DNA from: Vicinamibacterales bacterium
Lineage (GTDB): Bacteria; Acidobacteriota; Vicinamibacteria; Vicinamibacterales; SCN-69-37
DNA length: 64,000 nt
NCBI GenBank assembly: GCA_030827135.1
Contig: JAURFE010000001.1
Coordinates: forward strand, 430,368 to 494,367
Direction of reading: 5' to 3'
Positions 19,501 to 27,265 of this stretch are shown here, piece by piece; the first letter of the stretch is position 1; the number at the start of each line of letters is the position of its first letter. The position numbers and the translations under genes are program-made. Below the pieces are notes generated by a model. It was not told where the DNA came from. It did not search any database and worked only from the letters and a program-made list of their open reading frames with translations.

Positions 19501-19766
19501 GTCGGCAGAATCGCATCCGGCCGCTCGCGCGCAATCACCTGCTCCAGCGCGGCCACCGTCAGCGGTTCCACATAGGTCCGATCCGCCAGTTCCGGGTCGG
19601 TCATGATCGTGGCGGGGTTGCTGTTGACCAGCACCACTTCGAGACCTTCGTCCCGAAGCGCCTTGCACGCCTGAGTGCCGGAGTAGTCAAACTCACAGGC
19701 CTGACCGATGACAATCGGCCCGGAGCCGATCACGAGCACACGCTTGATATCCGTTCGCTTGGGCAT
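16515..19766 (-). CDS. carB: Carbamoyl-phosphate synthase large subunit
   Basis: 1083 aa with duplicated ATP-grasp halves and the N-terminus [30 protein letters not shown]. Confidence 0.97.
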   Translation of the reverse strand: MPKRTDIKRVLVIGSGPIVIGQACEFDYSGTQACKALRDEGLEVVLVNSNPATIMTDPELADRTYVEPLTVAALEQVIARERPDAILPTVGGQTALNLAVDLDEAGVLRKYNVELIGASIAAIKVAEDRLKFKEAMRSIGVAVPESYYARSLDQALEASDKIGFPAIIRPSFTMGGVGGGIAYNVEEFKEICARGLSMSPVHELLIEESVIGWKEYELEVMRDCEDNFVVICSIENIDPMGVHTGDSITVAPALTLTDREYQRMRDAARRIIRRVGVETGGSNIQFAVNPADGRMIVIEMNPRVSRSSALASKATGFPIAKIAAKLALGYRLDEIKNDITRLTPASFEPTIDYVVVKVPRWAFEKFPTADRTLTTQMKSVGEAMAIGRTFKEAFLKAFRSLELGRSGRLFSQAVPGSAHEHEDDQALQRALGIPTDRRMWAVFRALERGWTIEEIHRLTKIDPWFLTQFRQMTELANQVRAVGARDLSADLLREVKRAGFADIDLAQLLGIDEDSVRARRLEHNLVAAYKRIDTCAAEFESFTPYMYGTFEDECESEPSPRAKVVILGSGPNRIGQGLEFDYCCCHAAFALRDQGYETVMVNCNPETVSTDYDSVDRLYFEPLTFEDVSAIVTRERQGGGDVACVVQYGGQTPLKLALRLQGAGIRILGTSPDSIDLAEDRERFSKLLWELGIPQAASGMAHSPEEAREVASSIGFPVVVRPSYVLGGRAMAIVYDTGSLDRYMRQAVQLSPEHPILIDKFLEDATEIDVDAVADATGDVIIGGIMEHIEQAGIHSGDSSCVVPPHQLSDKHVATIRDYARRVARALKVVGLMNAQFAIKDDVVYVLEVNPRASRTIPYLSKATGVPLAKIAANVMIGKTLAEQGFTEDLTVSGFFVKTPVFPFVRFPGVDTLLGPEMKSTGEVMGGAETFGSAFAKAQMGAGQHLPQEGTVFISVNNNDKPNVVPIARGLMELGFKILATRGTAVYLRAHGIDAEIVFKINEGRPHVGDEIVNKNVDLVINTPLGRESFFDDRAVRRAAMLQGIPAITTLTGASAAVSAITAIRAEGLSVKSLQEYHQAVRR

Positions 19767-19775
19767 GAAATCCTG

Positions 19776-20909
19776 CTACGCCTTCTGAGTCATCGCACGC
19801 ACAAACTGTGCAAAGAGATAGTCCGCATCGTGCGGCCCCGGGGCCGCCTCGGGGTGGTACTGCACGCAGAACACCGGCCGGGTCCGATGCCGAAGTCCTT
19901 CCACCGTGCCGTCATACAGATTCAGGTGGGTGACTTCAACATCACCGGGCACCGTCGCCGGATCGATCGCAAAGCCGTGGTTCTGCGACGTGATTTCGAT
20001 TTTGCCGGACGACAGATCCTTCACCGGATGGTTGCCGCCGCGATGACCGAATTTCAGCTTGTAGGTCTTCGCACCCATCGCAAGACCCAGAATCTGGTGA
20101 CCGAGGCAAATCCCGAACACCGGCACGCCGGACTCCACCAGCACGCGCGTATTCGCGATCGCGTAGTCGAGCACGGCAGGGTCGCCGGGGCCGTTTGAAA
20201 GAAAGACGCCATCCGGGTTGATAGCCAGCAACTCACCGGCCGGCGCCGTCGCCGGGAACACCCGCACGTCGCACCCGTGCGCCGTCAGCCGGCGCAGGAT
20301 GTTCCACTTCATCCCGAAGTCATACGCGGCGACGCGCAACCGCCGGCCCGGCGCCGCTGTCATCGACACAAACTCGTCGAACTCGGTGGTGCCGTCCGAG
20401 GCCGGCCAGTCAAACGCCTCGGCGCACGTCACGCCGCGCACCAGATCCGCCCCCTCCATCGACGGCAAGGCCCGCGCCCGCGCCACCAGCTCGTCGGTCT
20501 TCGGAATCGTGCCGGTGGCGATGACGCCGCGCATCGCCCCCGCCGTGCGCAGGGTGCGTGTGAGCGCCCGCGTATCAATGTCGGCGATGGCGACGATGCC
20601 GTGGCGGACGAGGTACTCGCGCACCGTCCCCTCGGCGCGCCAGTTGCTCGCCGTCGGCGACTCGCTGCGGATGATGAACCCCGACACCCGGGGCGCCCGT
20701 GACTCACCGTCGTCCCCGGTGACGCCGTAATTGCCGATCTCCGGGCACGTCATGGCGACGATCTGCCCCGCGTACGACGGGTCGGTCAACACTTCCTGGT
20801 AGCCGGTCAGGCTCGTGTTGAACACCACTTCGCCGGCGGCGTCCGCCGGAGCGCCCATCGAGCGCCCCCGAAAACACCGGCCATTCTCCAACGCCAACAC
20901 TGCGTCCAT
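19776..20909 (-). CDS. carA: Carbamoyl-phosphate synthase small (glutaminase) subunit
   Basis: GICLGHQ catalytic Cys motif, a C-terminal HPE, and adjacency to carB. Confidence 0.97.
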   Translation of the reverse strand: MDAVLALENGRCFRGRSMGAPADAAGEVVFNTSLTGYQEVLTDPSYAGQIVAMTCPEIGNYGVTGDDGESRAPRVSGFIIRSESPTASNWRAEGTVREYLVRHGIVAIADIDTRALTRTLRTAGAMRGVIATGTIPKTDELVARARALPSMEGADLVRGVTCAEAFDWPASDGTTEFDEFVSMTAAPGRRLRVAAYDFGMKWNILRRLTAHGCDVRVFPATAPAGELLAINPDGVFLSNGPGDPAVLDYAIANTRVLVESGVPVFGICLGHQILGLAMGAKTYKLKFGHRGGNHPVKDLSSGKIEITSQNHGFAIDPATVPGDVEVTHLNLYDGTVEGLRHRTRPVFCVQYHPEAAPGPHDADYLFAQFVRAMTQKA

Positions 20910-20918
20910 GTTTTTTCC

Positions 20919-22655
20919 CTACATCACTTCCAACGACACGCGCACAGGCACCTGCTGCCCGGCCCGCACCACCACGGTGGTGGTCATGCTCTTGTGGCCC
21001 GCGAGATCGAGCCGAATCGTATGCGACCCCGGCGCCACATCCGGCACACGCATCGGCGTGGTGCCCATGAGGCGGCCATCAATTGTGACCTGTGCGCCTG
21101 ACGGACGGGTATCGATGTACAGCGATCCGGTGGACGCGGCAGGCGCCAGGGGGGCGGCGCGCCGCAGCTCCACGGTGATATCCCGCGCCGGCACGGTCCG
21201 GGAGAGGGTGACCCGCGCGATGCGCGGCCGGTAGCCTTCGCGCGACACCGTGACGTTGTATGTGCCAAACGGCAGGTCCCGCACGGTCGCGGGCGTCGTC
21301 CCGCGCGCGCGGCCGCTAATCATCACACGAGCTCCTGCGGGCACCGACCGCACCAGCAACCGGCCGCGCGTGGCCGACGGCTCGGCCTGGGCCACCTCGC
21401 CTGAAGGCGTCGTCTCTGCCGGCACCGTCGGGGGTTCGGTCACGGCTACGTCAGTGCCGACCGGAACGTCACCGACGACAGCCGCCGTTTCGAGCGCATC
21501 TGGCGCGCTGCCGGACGGGCCGCGCCACACATAACCGAGGGCCGCGCCGATGAGCACGCCGACGACGAAAAACGCCGCGGCGATCCCGCTTGAGAACGGC
21601 AGCGCGGGCGGGGGCACCGTGGGGCCCGCTGGGATTGAGCGCGCCACCGCAGGTCGTGTGGGCGCCGGAGGGCGCGCCGGGGTTGGGCGTGCCACGGAAG
21701 GTGATGTGGGTGACGTGGGCGCGCCCGCAGCAGGGCGCGCTGGGGTTGAGGGCGCCACGTCAACAGCCGGTGGAGCAGGAGGCGTGGGTGGGGTCGGCAC
21801 CGCCACAACTTCCACAACCTCTTTTGTGACCGAAGGCAACTTCTCCGTCTCAAGTGCCGCAAGAAACTCCGAGGGTGTGGCGTACCGGTTCGCGGGATCC
21901 TCGGCCAACACGCACGCGAGCGCGGCGCGAATCGCGACGCGCTGCGCGGGAGTCGTGCCTGTCGGCAGCGTCCAGTCCTGCTCCCCTGTGCCCGCCGGCC
22001 GTCGACCGGTCAGCAATTCGTGGGCGAGCACGCCAAACGAGTACACGTCCGCCCGGATGTCCCACGGGCGACCGGCCACACGTTCCGGTGCGGTGTAGGG
22101 TCGGCGCACCGGCGCCGTGATCCCAAGCGCCTCAAGTGCGGGCACCACGCCAAAGCCGGTGACGCGCACCTGGTTGGTGTCGCTGACAAACACGTCACGC
22201 GGATGCAACGCGCCGTGCCCCAGGCCCGCAGCCCATCCGGCCTCGATGGCCTCCGCGACCTGACGCAATATCGGTCGCGCGCGATCGATCGGTGCCGGTG
22301 CCAGTCGGCGCAGCGCCGCATCGAAGGTCTCGGAGGTGTCGTACTCGGATCCAAGAAAAGCCGTCAGGCCTTCCAGCCCGGCCGCGACCGTGGGCACGAT
22401 GCAGGGCGACTCCACGCGGACGGCCGCGAGACGCCGGAGGGCCTCGGCAAGCCGAGTGGTGACTTCAGGCACAATGTCGAGGCGGAAGGCCTTGACGGCG
22501 ATCAGCCGTTCACGCTGGGGTTCATAGGCACGGAAAACAGGTCCCAGAGCGCCGCTGCCGATTTGATGCAGGACGCGAAATGTGCCGAAGGCGGGGGGCG
22601 CGGTGAACCCGGCGGAGTCGTCGTATAGCAGTGCAGAAACTCCTGAAACGATCAC
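20919..22655 (-). CDS. Membrane-spanning Ser/Thr-kinase-like protein (predicted pseudokinase) with two extracytoplasmic PEGA domains
   Basis: The G-loop GSGALGPV, the beta3 lysine (IAVKAF) and APE are retained. The catalytic loop reads HGALHPRD instead of HRDLKPxN, and DFG is GFG. A Pro-rich linker, one TM helix (AAFFVVGVLIGAALGYVW) and PEGA-like repeats (VRSVPAGARVMISGRARGTTP, IDTRPSGAQVTIDGRLMGTTP) follow. Confidence 0.85.
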   Translation of the reverse strand: MIVSGVSALLYDDSAGFTAPPAFGTFRVLHQIGSGALGPVFRAYEPQRERLIAVKAFRLDIVPEVTTRLAEALRRLAAVRVESPCIVPTVAAGLEGLTAFLGSEYDTSETFDAALRRLAPAPIDRARPILRQVAEAIEAGWAAGLGHGALHPRDVFVSDTNQVRVTGFGVVPALEALGITAPVRRPYTAPERVAGRPWDIRADVYSFGVLAHELLTGRRPAGTGEQDWTLPTGTTPAQRVAIRAALACVLAEDPANRYATPSEFLAALETEKLPSVTKEVVEVVAVPTPPTPPAPPAVDVAPSTPARPAAGAPTSPTSPSVARPTPARPPAPTRPAVARSIPAGPTVPPPALPFSSGIAAAFFVVGVLIGAALGYVWRGPSGSAPDALETAAVVGDVPVGTDVAVTEPPTVPAETTPSGEVAQAEPSATRGRLLVRSVPAGARVMISGRARGTTPATVRDLPFGTYNVTVSREGYRPRIARVTLSRTVPARDITVELRRAAPLAPAASTGSLYIDTRPSGAQVTIDGRLMGTTPMRVPDVAPGSHTIRLDLAGHKSMTTTVVVRAGQQVPVRVSLEVM

Positions 22656-22711
22656 AGTACTTTACCACGCGGCCGAACCGTCTCCCTAGCCTCTGTAGTA
22701 AATTGACGGGC

Positions 22712-24370
22712 GTGCCCGCCCATCCCGACGTCCCTGCCAGCACCATCATTCGTGACGCGATCGACCTGAGGCGGTTTCCGTGGATTCGCCCGCTCGTGTC
22801 GGCGTATTCGACGGACTTTTCGAGCGTCGCCGGCCTGTTCAGCGGCAATCCGGCGGATCCGGCCGCGTGGACGCAGACCCTGGCGCGCGTGCAGCAGAGC
22901 CCGCGTGACCGCGCGGGTCTCGCCAGACTGCTCGGCGCGCAACTCGAACGTCGCGGCGCCCCGGCTCATGCGCGCGCCGCGGCGACACGACTCGCCGATC
23001 GCGAGACGGTCGCGATCGTCACAGGCCAGCAGGCCGGTCTTTTTGGCGGGCCACTGTATACGCTGCTCAAAGCGGTGACGGCGATTCGCCTCGCCCGCAA
23101 GGTCTCCGCGCGCCACGGCATTGCGGCGATTCCTGTGTTCTGGGTCGAGGCGGAAGACCACGACTGGGAAGAAGTGCGCACCTGCCGCGTGCTCGACGCC
23201 GAGCTCGCCCTGCACGAGATCTCGCTCGACTCACTCGAGGGGGCCGGCACACGCCCCGTGTCCTCGCTGGTGATCGACGACGGCATCGGCGATGCGCTCG
23301 GTGCACTCGAACAGGCGCTCCCCGCCACGGAATTCAGAGACGACGTCATGGCGCGCCTTCGCGCGCACTACCGCCCCGGCCAGCGGATGGGCACCGCGTT
23401 TGCGGCGTGGCTGGATGATCTGCTCGGTCGCTACGGCCTGGTCGTCTTCGAAGCGGCGGACCCCGCGGCCAAGCCCCTCGTCGCGTCCCTCTTCGCCAAG
23501 GAACTGGATACGCCGTGTCGCACGACCCATTTCGCCAAGACGACCGGCGACACGATGCGACACCTCGGCCACGAACCCCAGGTCGAACCCGGGGACGACA
23601 GCGTGGCCCTCTTCTACATGGGCGGCGGCGATCGCGTCTCCATCAAGCGGCGCGACAACGGCTACGCGATTGGTGATGTCGTCCGGCCGCTGGCCGACGT
23701 GCAGCAGGAAGCCGCCGAACATCCCGAGCGCTTCAGTCCCAACGTGCTGCTCCGCCCGCTCGTGCAGGACCGGCTTTTCCCGACCGTCTGTTACGTGGCC
23801 GGCCCCAGCGAACTCGCGTATCAGGCGCAGCTCGGCGCCATCTACCAGGACTTCGGCGTCGAAATGCCGCTGCTGTACCCGCGCGCGAACGCGACGCTGC
23901 TCGACTCAGCGGCCGTCCGGTTCCTCGAGAAATATCAGCTGCCGTTCGAATCCCTGCAGCCCCACGACGAGGCCGCCCTCAATCGCCTTCTTCAGAGCCA
24001 GCTCCCGCCAGGCCTCGAGGACGGCTTTGTGGCGACGGCCGACGACGTGCGCGCGCGTATTGAGGCGTTGAAGGTCGCCATCGCGTCAGTCGACCCGACC
24101 CTCGCCGGCGCCGCCGACACCACCGTCGAGCGCATGCAGGACACACTCAGGCACCTGCATGCGAAGGTCATCTCGGCCAGCAAACGCAAGGACGACACCC
24201 TCCGCCGCCAGTTCACGCGTACGCAGGCGCTCGCCTTCCCCGAAGGTCATCCACAGGAGCGCATCGTGGATCTCGCGTTTTTCCTGAACCGCTACGGCCA
24301 GGCGCTCTGCGAGCGGTTGATCGAGGGCTTGCCCCTCGACATGGGCAAGCACTTCCTCGTCACGCCATGA
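22712..24370 (+). CDS. bshC: Bacillithiol biosynthesis cysteine-adding enzyme BshC
   Basis: TGQQAGLFGGPLYTLLK and VFWVEAEDHDWEEV match the BshC (YllA) signature region. About 550 aa. The start could be the GTG at 22712 or the TTG at 22703. Confidence 0.85.
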   Translation: MPAHPDVPASTIIRDAIDLRRFPWIRPLVSAYSTDFSSVAGLFSGNPADPAAWTQTLARVQQSPRDRAGLARLLGAQLERRGAPAHARAAATRLADRETVAIVTGQQAGLFGGPLYTLLKAVTAIRLARKVSARHGIAAIPVFWVEAEDHDWEEVRTCRVLDAELALHEISLDSLEGAGTRPVSSLVIDDGIGDALGALEQALPATEFRDDVMARLRAHYRPGQRMGTAFAAWLDDLLGRYGLVVFEAADPAAKPLVASLFAKELDTPCRTTHFAKTTGDTMRHLGHEPQVEPGDDSVALFYMGGGDRVSIKRRDNGYAIGDVVRPLADVQQEAAEHPERFSPNVLLRPLVQDRLFPTVCYVAGPSELAYQAQLGAIYQDFGVEMPLLYPRANATLLDSAAVRFLEKYQLPFESLQPHDEAALNRLLQSQLPPGLEDGFVATADDVRARIEALKVAIASVDPTLAGAADTTVERMQDTLRHLHAKVISASKRKDDTLRRQFTRTQALAFPEGHPQERIVDLAFFLNRYGQALCERLIEGLPLDMGKHFLVTP

Positions 24371-24371
24371 A

Positions 24372-24462
24372 GGAATGAGGCGATGGAATTGCGCTAATTC
24401 CTGAATGGGTGAATGCCATGACCTCGATAACGGCCATTGCATTATCGCCCCATTGCCTCATT
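24372..24462. repeat. Nested inverted repeats filling a convergent intergenic gap
   Basis: Outer arms aatgaggcgatgg (24374-24386) and ccattgcctcatt (24450-24462) match at 12 of 13 positions. The inner perfect hairpin is ggaatt-gcgct-aattcc (24385-24401). The right arm overlaps the stop codon of the ArgH-like gene. Confidence 0.6.
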
Positions 24463-25918
24463 ACCCCATTGACATCGAAGCCGCCTTCAGGCCGCTCTCA
24501 GCGCCCAGCAGGCGCGCGCGTGTTGAGGCGATCCAGCCGGCGTCTTCGGCGAGGCGTGCGCGTGAGTCTGCGATCGCGGCACCGGTGATCTCCGGCGCGG
24601 GGCCGCCGTGTGTGCGGCGAATGGCCACGAAGTGTTCGGGGCTCAGGAGTTCGGCAAGTTCGGCCTCCGTGTACTCGATGGCCGTGCCGGTGACCTCGCG
24701 GGAAATCTCGGCGACGATCGTCGAGAGCGGCGCGTCGGGCCGTTCCTGGCGGCCGCGCACCAGGCGGGCGGCGATGGTGTGCCCGGCCTTGAATGGCAGC
24801 CCACGCTCGCGCGCGAGGGTGTCGGCCAGTTCCGTGACCGAGATCCAGTTTTCGCCGGCGCGCGTGCGCATCTTGTCGACATCCACATCGGCGCCGTCGA
24901 GCGCCACGGCCACGAGTGATACCGCACGGATGGCGTCCTTGAACATCGCGGCCACAAGCGGCTGCAGGTCGTCCTCGGTGTCCACAATGTCGCCGAACGG
25001 CGTGTTGTGCACCGCGACAGGAATGGCACCCGCTTGTGCAAAGGCCTTCGACGCGAGGGCGCGCGCATGCTCCAGCGCGACGGGATTGCGCTTCTGCGGC
25101 ATGATGCTGCTGACCTGCACAAACCCGTCGGTCAGCCGGAGGTAGCCGAACTCCATCGTGCACCAGAGCAGCAGATCCTGCACCAGCCGGCCGACGCCGA
25201 CCAGCGTGACGCTCGCCGCCGCCGCACTCTCCAGCAGATAGTCCACCGTCGCGATGCTGCCGTAGGTGTTGCCGGTCGGACCGTCGAATCCCAGCAGCAC
25301 GCTCGTCCGATCGCGATCGATCGGAAACCCGGTGCCGGTGATGGCGCAGGCGCCGAGCGGATTCTGATTGACGCACGCGTACGCCGCCTTGAGCCGTGTG
25401 CCGTCGCGCTCCAGTTGCTCGATGGCGCCCAGCAGATAGTGGGCCACCGTGGACGGCTGCGCGGGTTGCGTGTGCGTGTGCGCGGGAAACACGGTGTGCC
25501 GGTGGCGCGACGCCAGATCGAGCAGCGATCGGCGCAGCTGCACCGTCGCCTCGGCGAGCTTGAGCACAAACGCCCTGATGCACATCCGATACATCGTCAT
25601 GTCGATATCGTTGCGGCTGCGCGCGGTGTGCAGGCGCCCGGCGACGTCGGCGCCACACGCGGCCACCACCTGGCGTTCGAGATAGAAGAACAGGTCTTCG
25701 TACGACCCGTCGTAGGTCGCGGCGCGCACGGCCGCGAGATCGATGCCGTCGAGCGCGCGTCTGATTGTGCGCGCATCCTCGAGCGACACAATGCCGGTCT
25801 CACGCAGCATGCAGAGATGCGCGTAGTGGATGGCCATCAGCGGATCGAGGAACAACGCTTTCGCGTCCTCGAAGTTCTCGTTCAGGACGAGACGGACATA
25901 GTCGGGAGAAAACGGCAT
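24461..25918 (-). CDS. Argininosuccinate-lyase-family (fumarase/aspartase superfamily) protein, ArgH paralogue
   Basis: TARSRNDIDMT and SSIMPQKRNPVALE signature motifs are present. The N-terminus lacks the usual ArgH WGGRF segment. Confidence 0.8.
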   Translation of the reverse strand: MPFSPDYVRLVLNENFEDAKALFLDPLMAIHYAHLCMLRETGIVSLEDARTIRRALDGIDLAAVRAATYDGSYEDLFFYLERQVVAACGADVAGRLHTARSRNDIDMTMYRMCIRAFVLKLAEATVQLRRSLLDLASRHRHTVFPAHTHTQPAQPSTVAHYLLGAIEQLERDGTRLKAAYACVNQNPLGACAITGTGFPIDRDRTSVLLGFDGPTGNTYGSIATVDYLLESAAAASVTLVGVGRLVQDLLLWCTMEFGYLRLTDGFVQVSSIMPQKRNPVALEHARALASKAFAQAGAIPVAVHNTPFGDIVDTEDDLQPLVAAMFKDAIRAVSLVAVALDGADVDVDKMRTRAGENWISVTELADTLARERGLPFKAGHTIAARLVRGRQERPDAPLSTIVAEISREVTGTAIEYTEAELAELLSPEHFVAIRRTHGGPAPEITGAAIADSRARLAEDAGWIASTRARLLGAESGLKAASMSMG

Positions 25919-25934
25919 GCGGTCCTTTGCACAG

Positions 25935-27200
25935 TCAACGGGAACCCACGCGGCCCACCGCGCGGGAGGGGAACGCCGCGGCGTCGAGCCACGTCGCGAG
26001 CCGGCCCTCCGCGACTTCCATCGCGGAGTTGACGGCCCCCATCAATTGGGCGTCATCGCCCAGTGAGGAAATTTCGAGGCGCGGCAGGTTGGGCACAATG
26101 CGTGACACCACGCGGCGCAGCGGATGCAACAGCAGATCGCCGGCATGACTCAACCCGCCGCCAAACACGACCAGCGCCGGATCCAGCACCGCCACGATGT
26201 TGGCCACGGCGGTGCCGAGATACACGGCGAGTTCTTCAATCACGGCGGCGGCGCGCGCATCGCCGCCACGCGCCGCGTCGATAATCAGCGCGACAGCGCC
26301 CGCCCGATCGCCGCCGGGCACCGTCACGCCTTCCACCAGACGCTTCGCATGGTGCCACTGGGGAATCGCGGCGGCGCCGACGCGGCTCTCCAGATACCCC
26401 CGCTTGCCGAAGTCGGCTTCCCACTCGCGGAAGTCGAGGTTCATGTGGCTGATTTCACCCGCATACCAGTGATGGCCGCGGTGCATCCGGCCACCGACGA
26501 CGACCCCGGCGCCCACACCGGCGCCAAGCGCAATAAACACGAAGTCGCTGACGCCGCGGGCACAGCCGAGCCATCGCTCCCCCAACGCTGCCATGTTCGC
26601 GTCATTGTCCACACGGACAGGCGCGTTCAACCGCGCCTCGGCGAGTTCGCGCAGCGGGATGTCGACCCAGCCCGGCAGGTTCACCGCGTTGATGACGCGG
26701 CCGGTCTGCACATCGGTCATGCCGGGCGCGCCGATACCCACGGCATACAACTTTGCCCGATCGCGCTTCGTCCGCCGGAAAACCTCGTCCACCGCCGCAT
26801 AAATCTGGTCAAGCGTGGCGGAACCCGACGACGAGTCGGTGGGCTCCTGATGACGGGCGAGCACCTTGCCCTGCAGGTCGGTCAGCGCGACCCGCAGCGT
26901 CTGTGAGCCGACGTCCACACCAACCAGGTACCCGAATTCGGCATTGAACTGGAGCATGATCGGCGGGCGCCCGCCTTTCGACGTCCCGATGCCGACTTCG
27001 TGGAGCAGGTCCACCTCCTGGACGAGATCCTCCACCAGCGCGGACACGGTCGGTGGACTCAGCCGCGTGGCCTTGGCCAGACCGGCGCGCGAAATCGGCC
27101 CGGTCCGGCGCACGGCCTCGAGCAACCGTTGCCGGTTGACCCGCCGGGTGTTCAGGGTCCCCCCCGGCCCACCAGCCCCAAAGTCCACGTCTATCGTCAC
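25935..27200 (-). CDS. ROK family transcriptional regulator
   Basis: N-terminal winged-HTH (NRQRLLEAVRRTGPISRAGLAKATRLSPPTVSALVEDL) plus a ROK sugar-kinase-like body (GIGAPG, DNDANMAALGE). GTG start. Confidence 0.85.
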   Translation of the reverse strand: MTIDVDFGAGGPGGTLNTRRVNRQRLLEAVRRTGPISRAGLAKATRLSPPTVSALVEDLVQEVDLLHEVGIGTSKGGRPPIMLQFNAEFGYLVGVDVGSQTLRVALTDLQGKVLARHQEPTDSSSGSATLDQIYAAVDEVFRRTKRDRAKLYAVGIGAPGMTDVQTGRVINAVNLPGWVDIPLRELAEARLNAPVRVDNDANMAALGERWLGCARGVSDFVFIALGAGVGAGVVVGGRMHRGHHWYAGEISHMNLDFREWEADFGKRGYLESRVGAAAIPQWHHAKRLVEGVTVPGGDRAGAVALIIDAARGGDARAAAVIEELAVYLGTAVANIVAVLDPALVVFGGGLSHAGDLLLHPLRRVVSRIVPNLPRLEISSLGDDAQLMGAVNSAMEVAEGRLATWLDAAAFPSRAVGRVGSR

Positions 27201-27265
27201 AATCGCAGATGTCCGCCTTAGTTCACCTGATTAACAAAGTGAAGACTATACACTTTCACTGACGC

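Noticed and set aside
23944-23954. gttcgaatccc, which resembles a tRNA T-loop
   Set aside because: It lies inside the bshC reading frame. No acceptor, D-arm or anticodon-arm pairing can be drawn around it.
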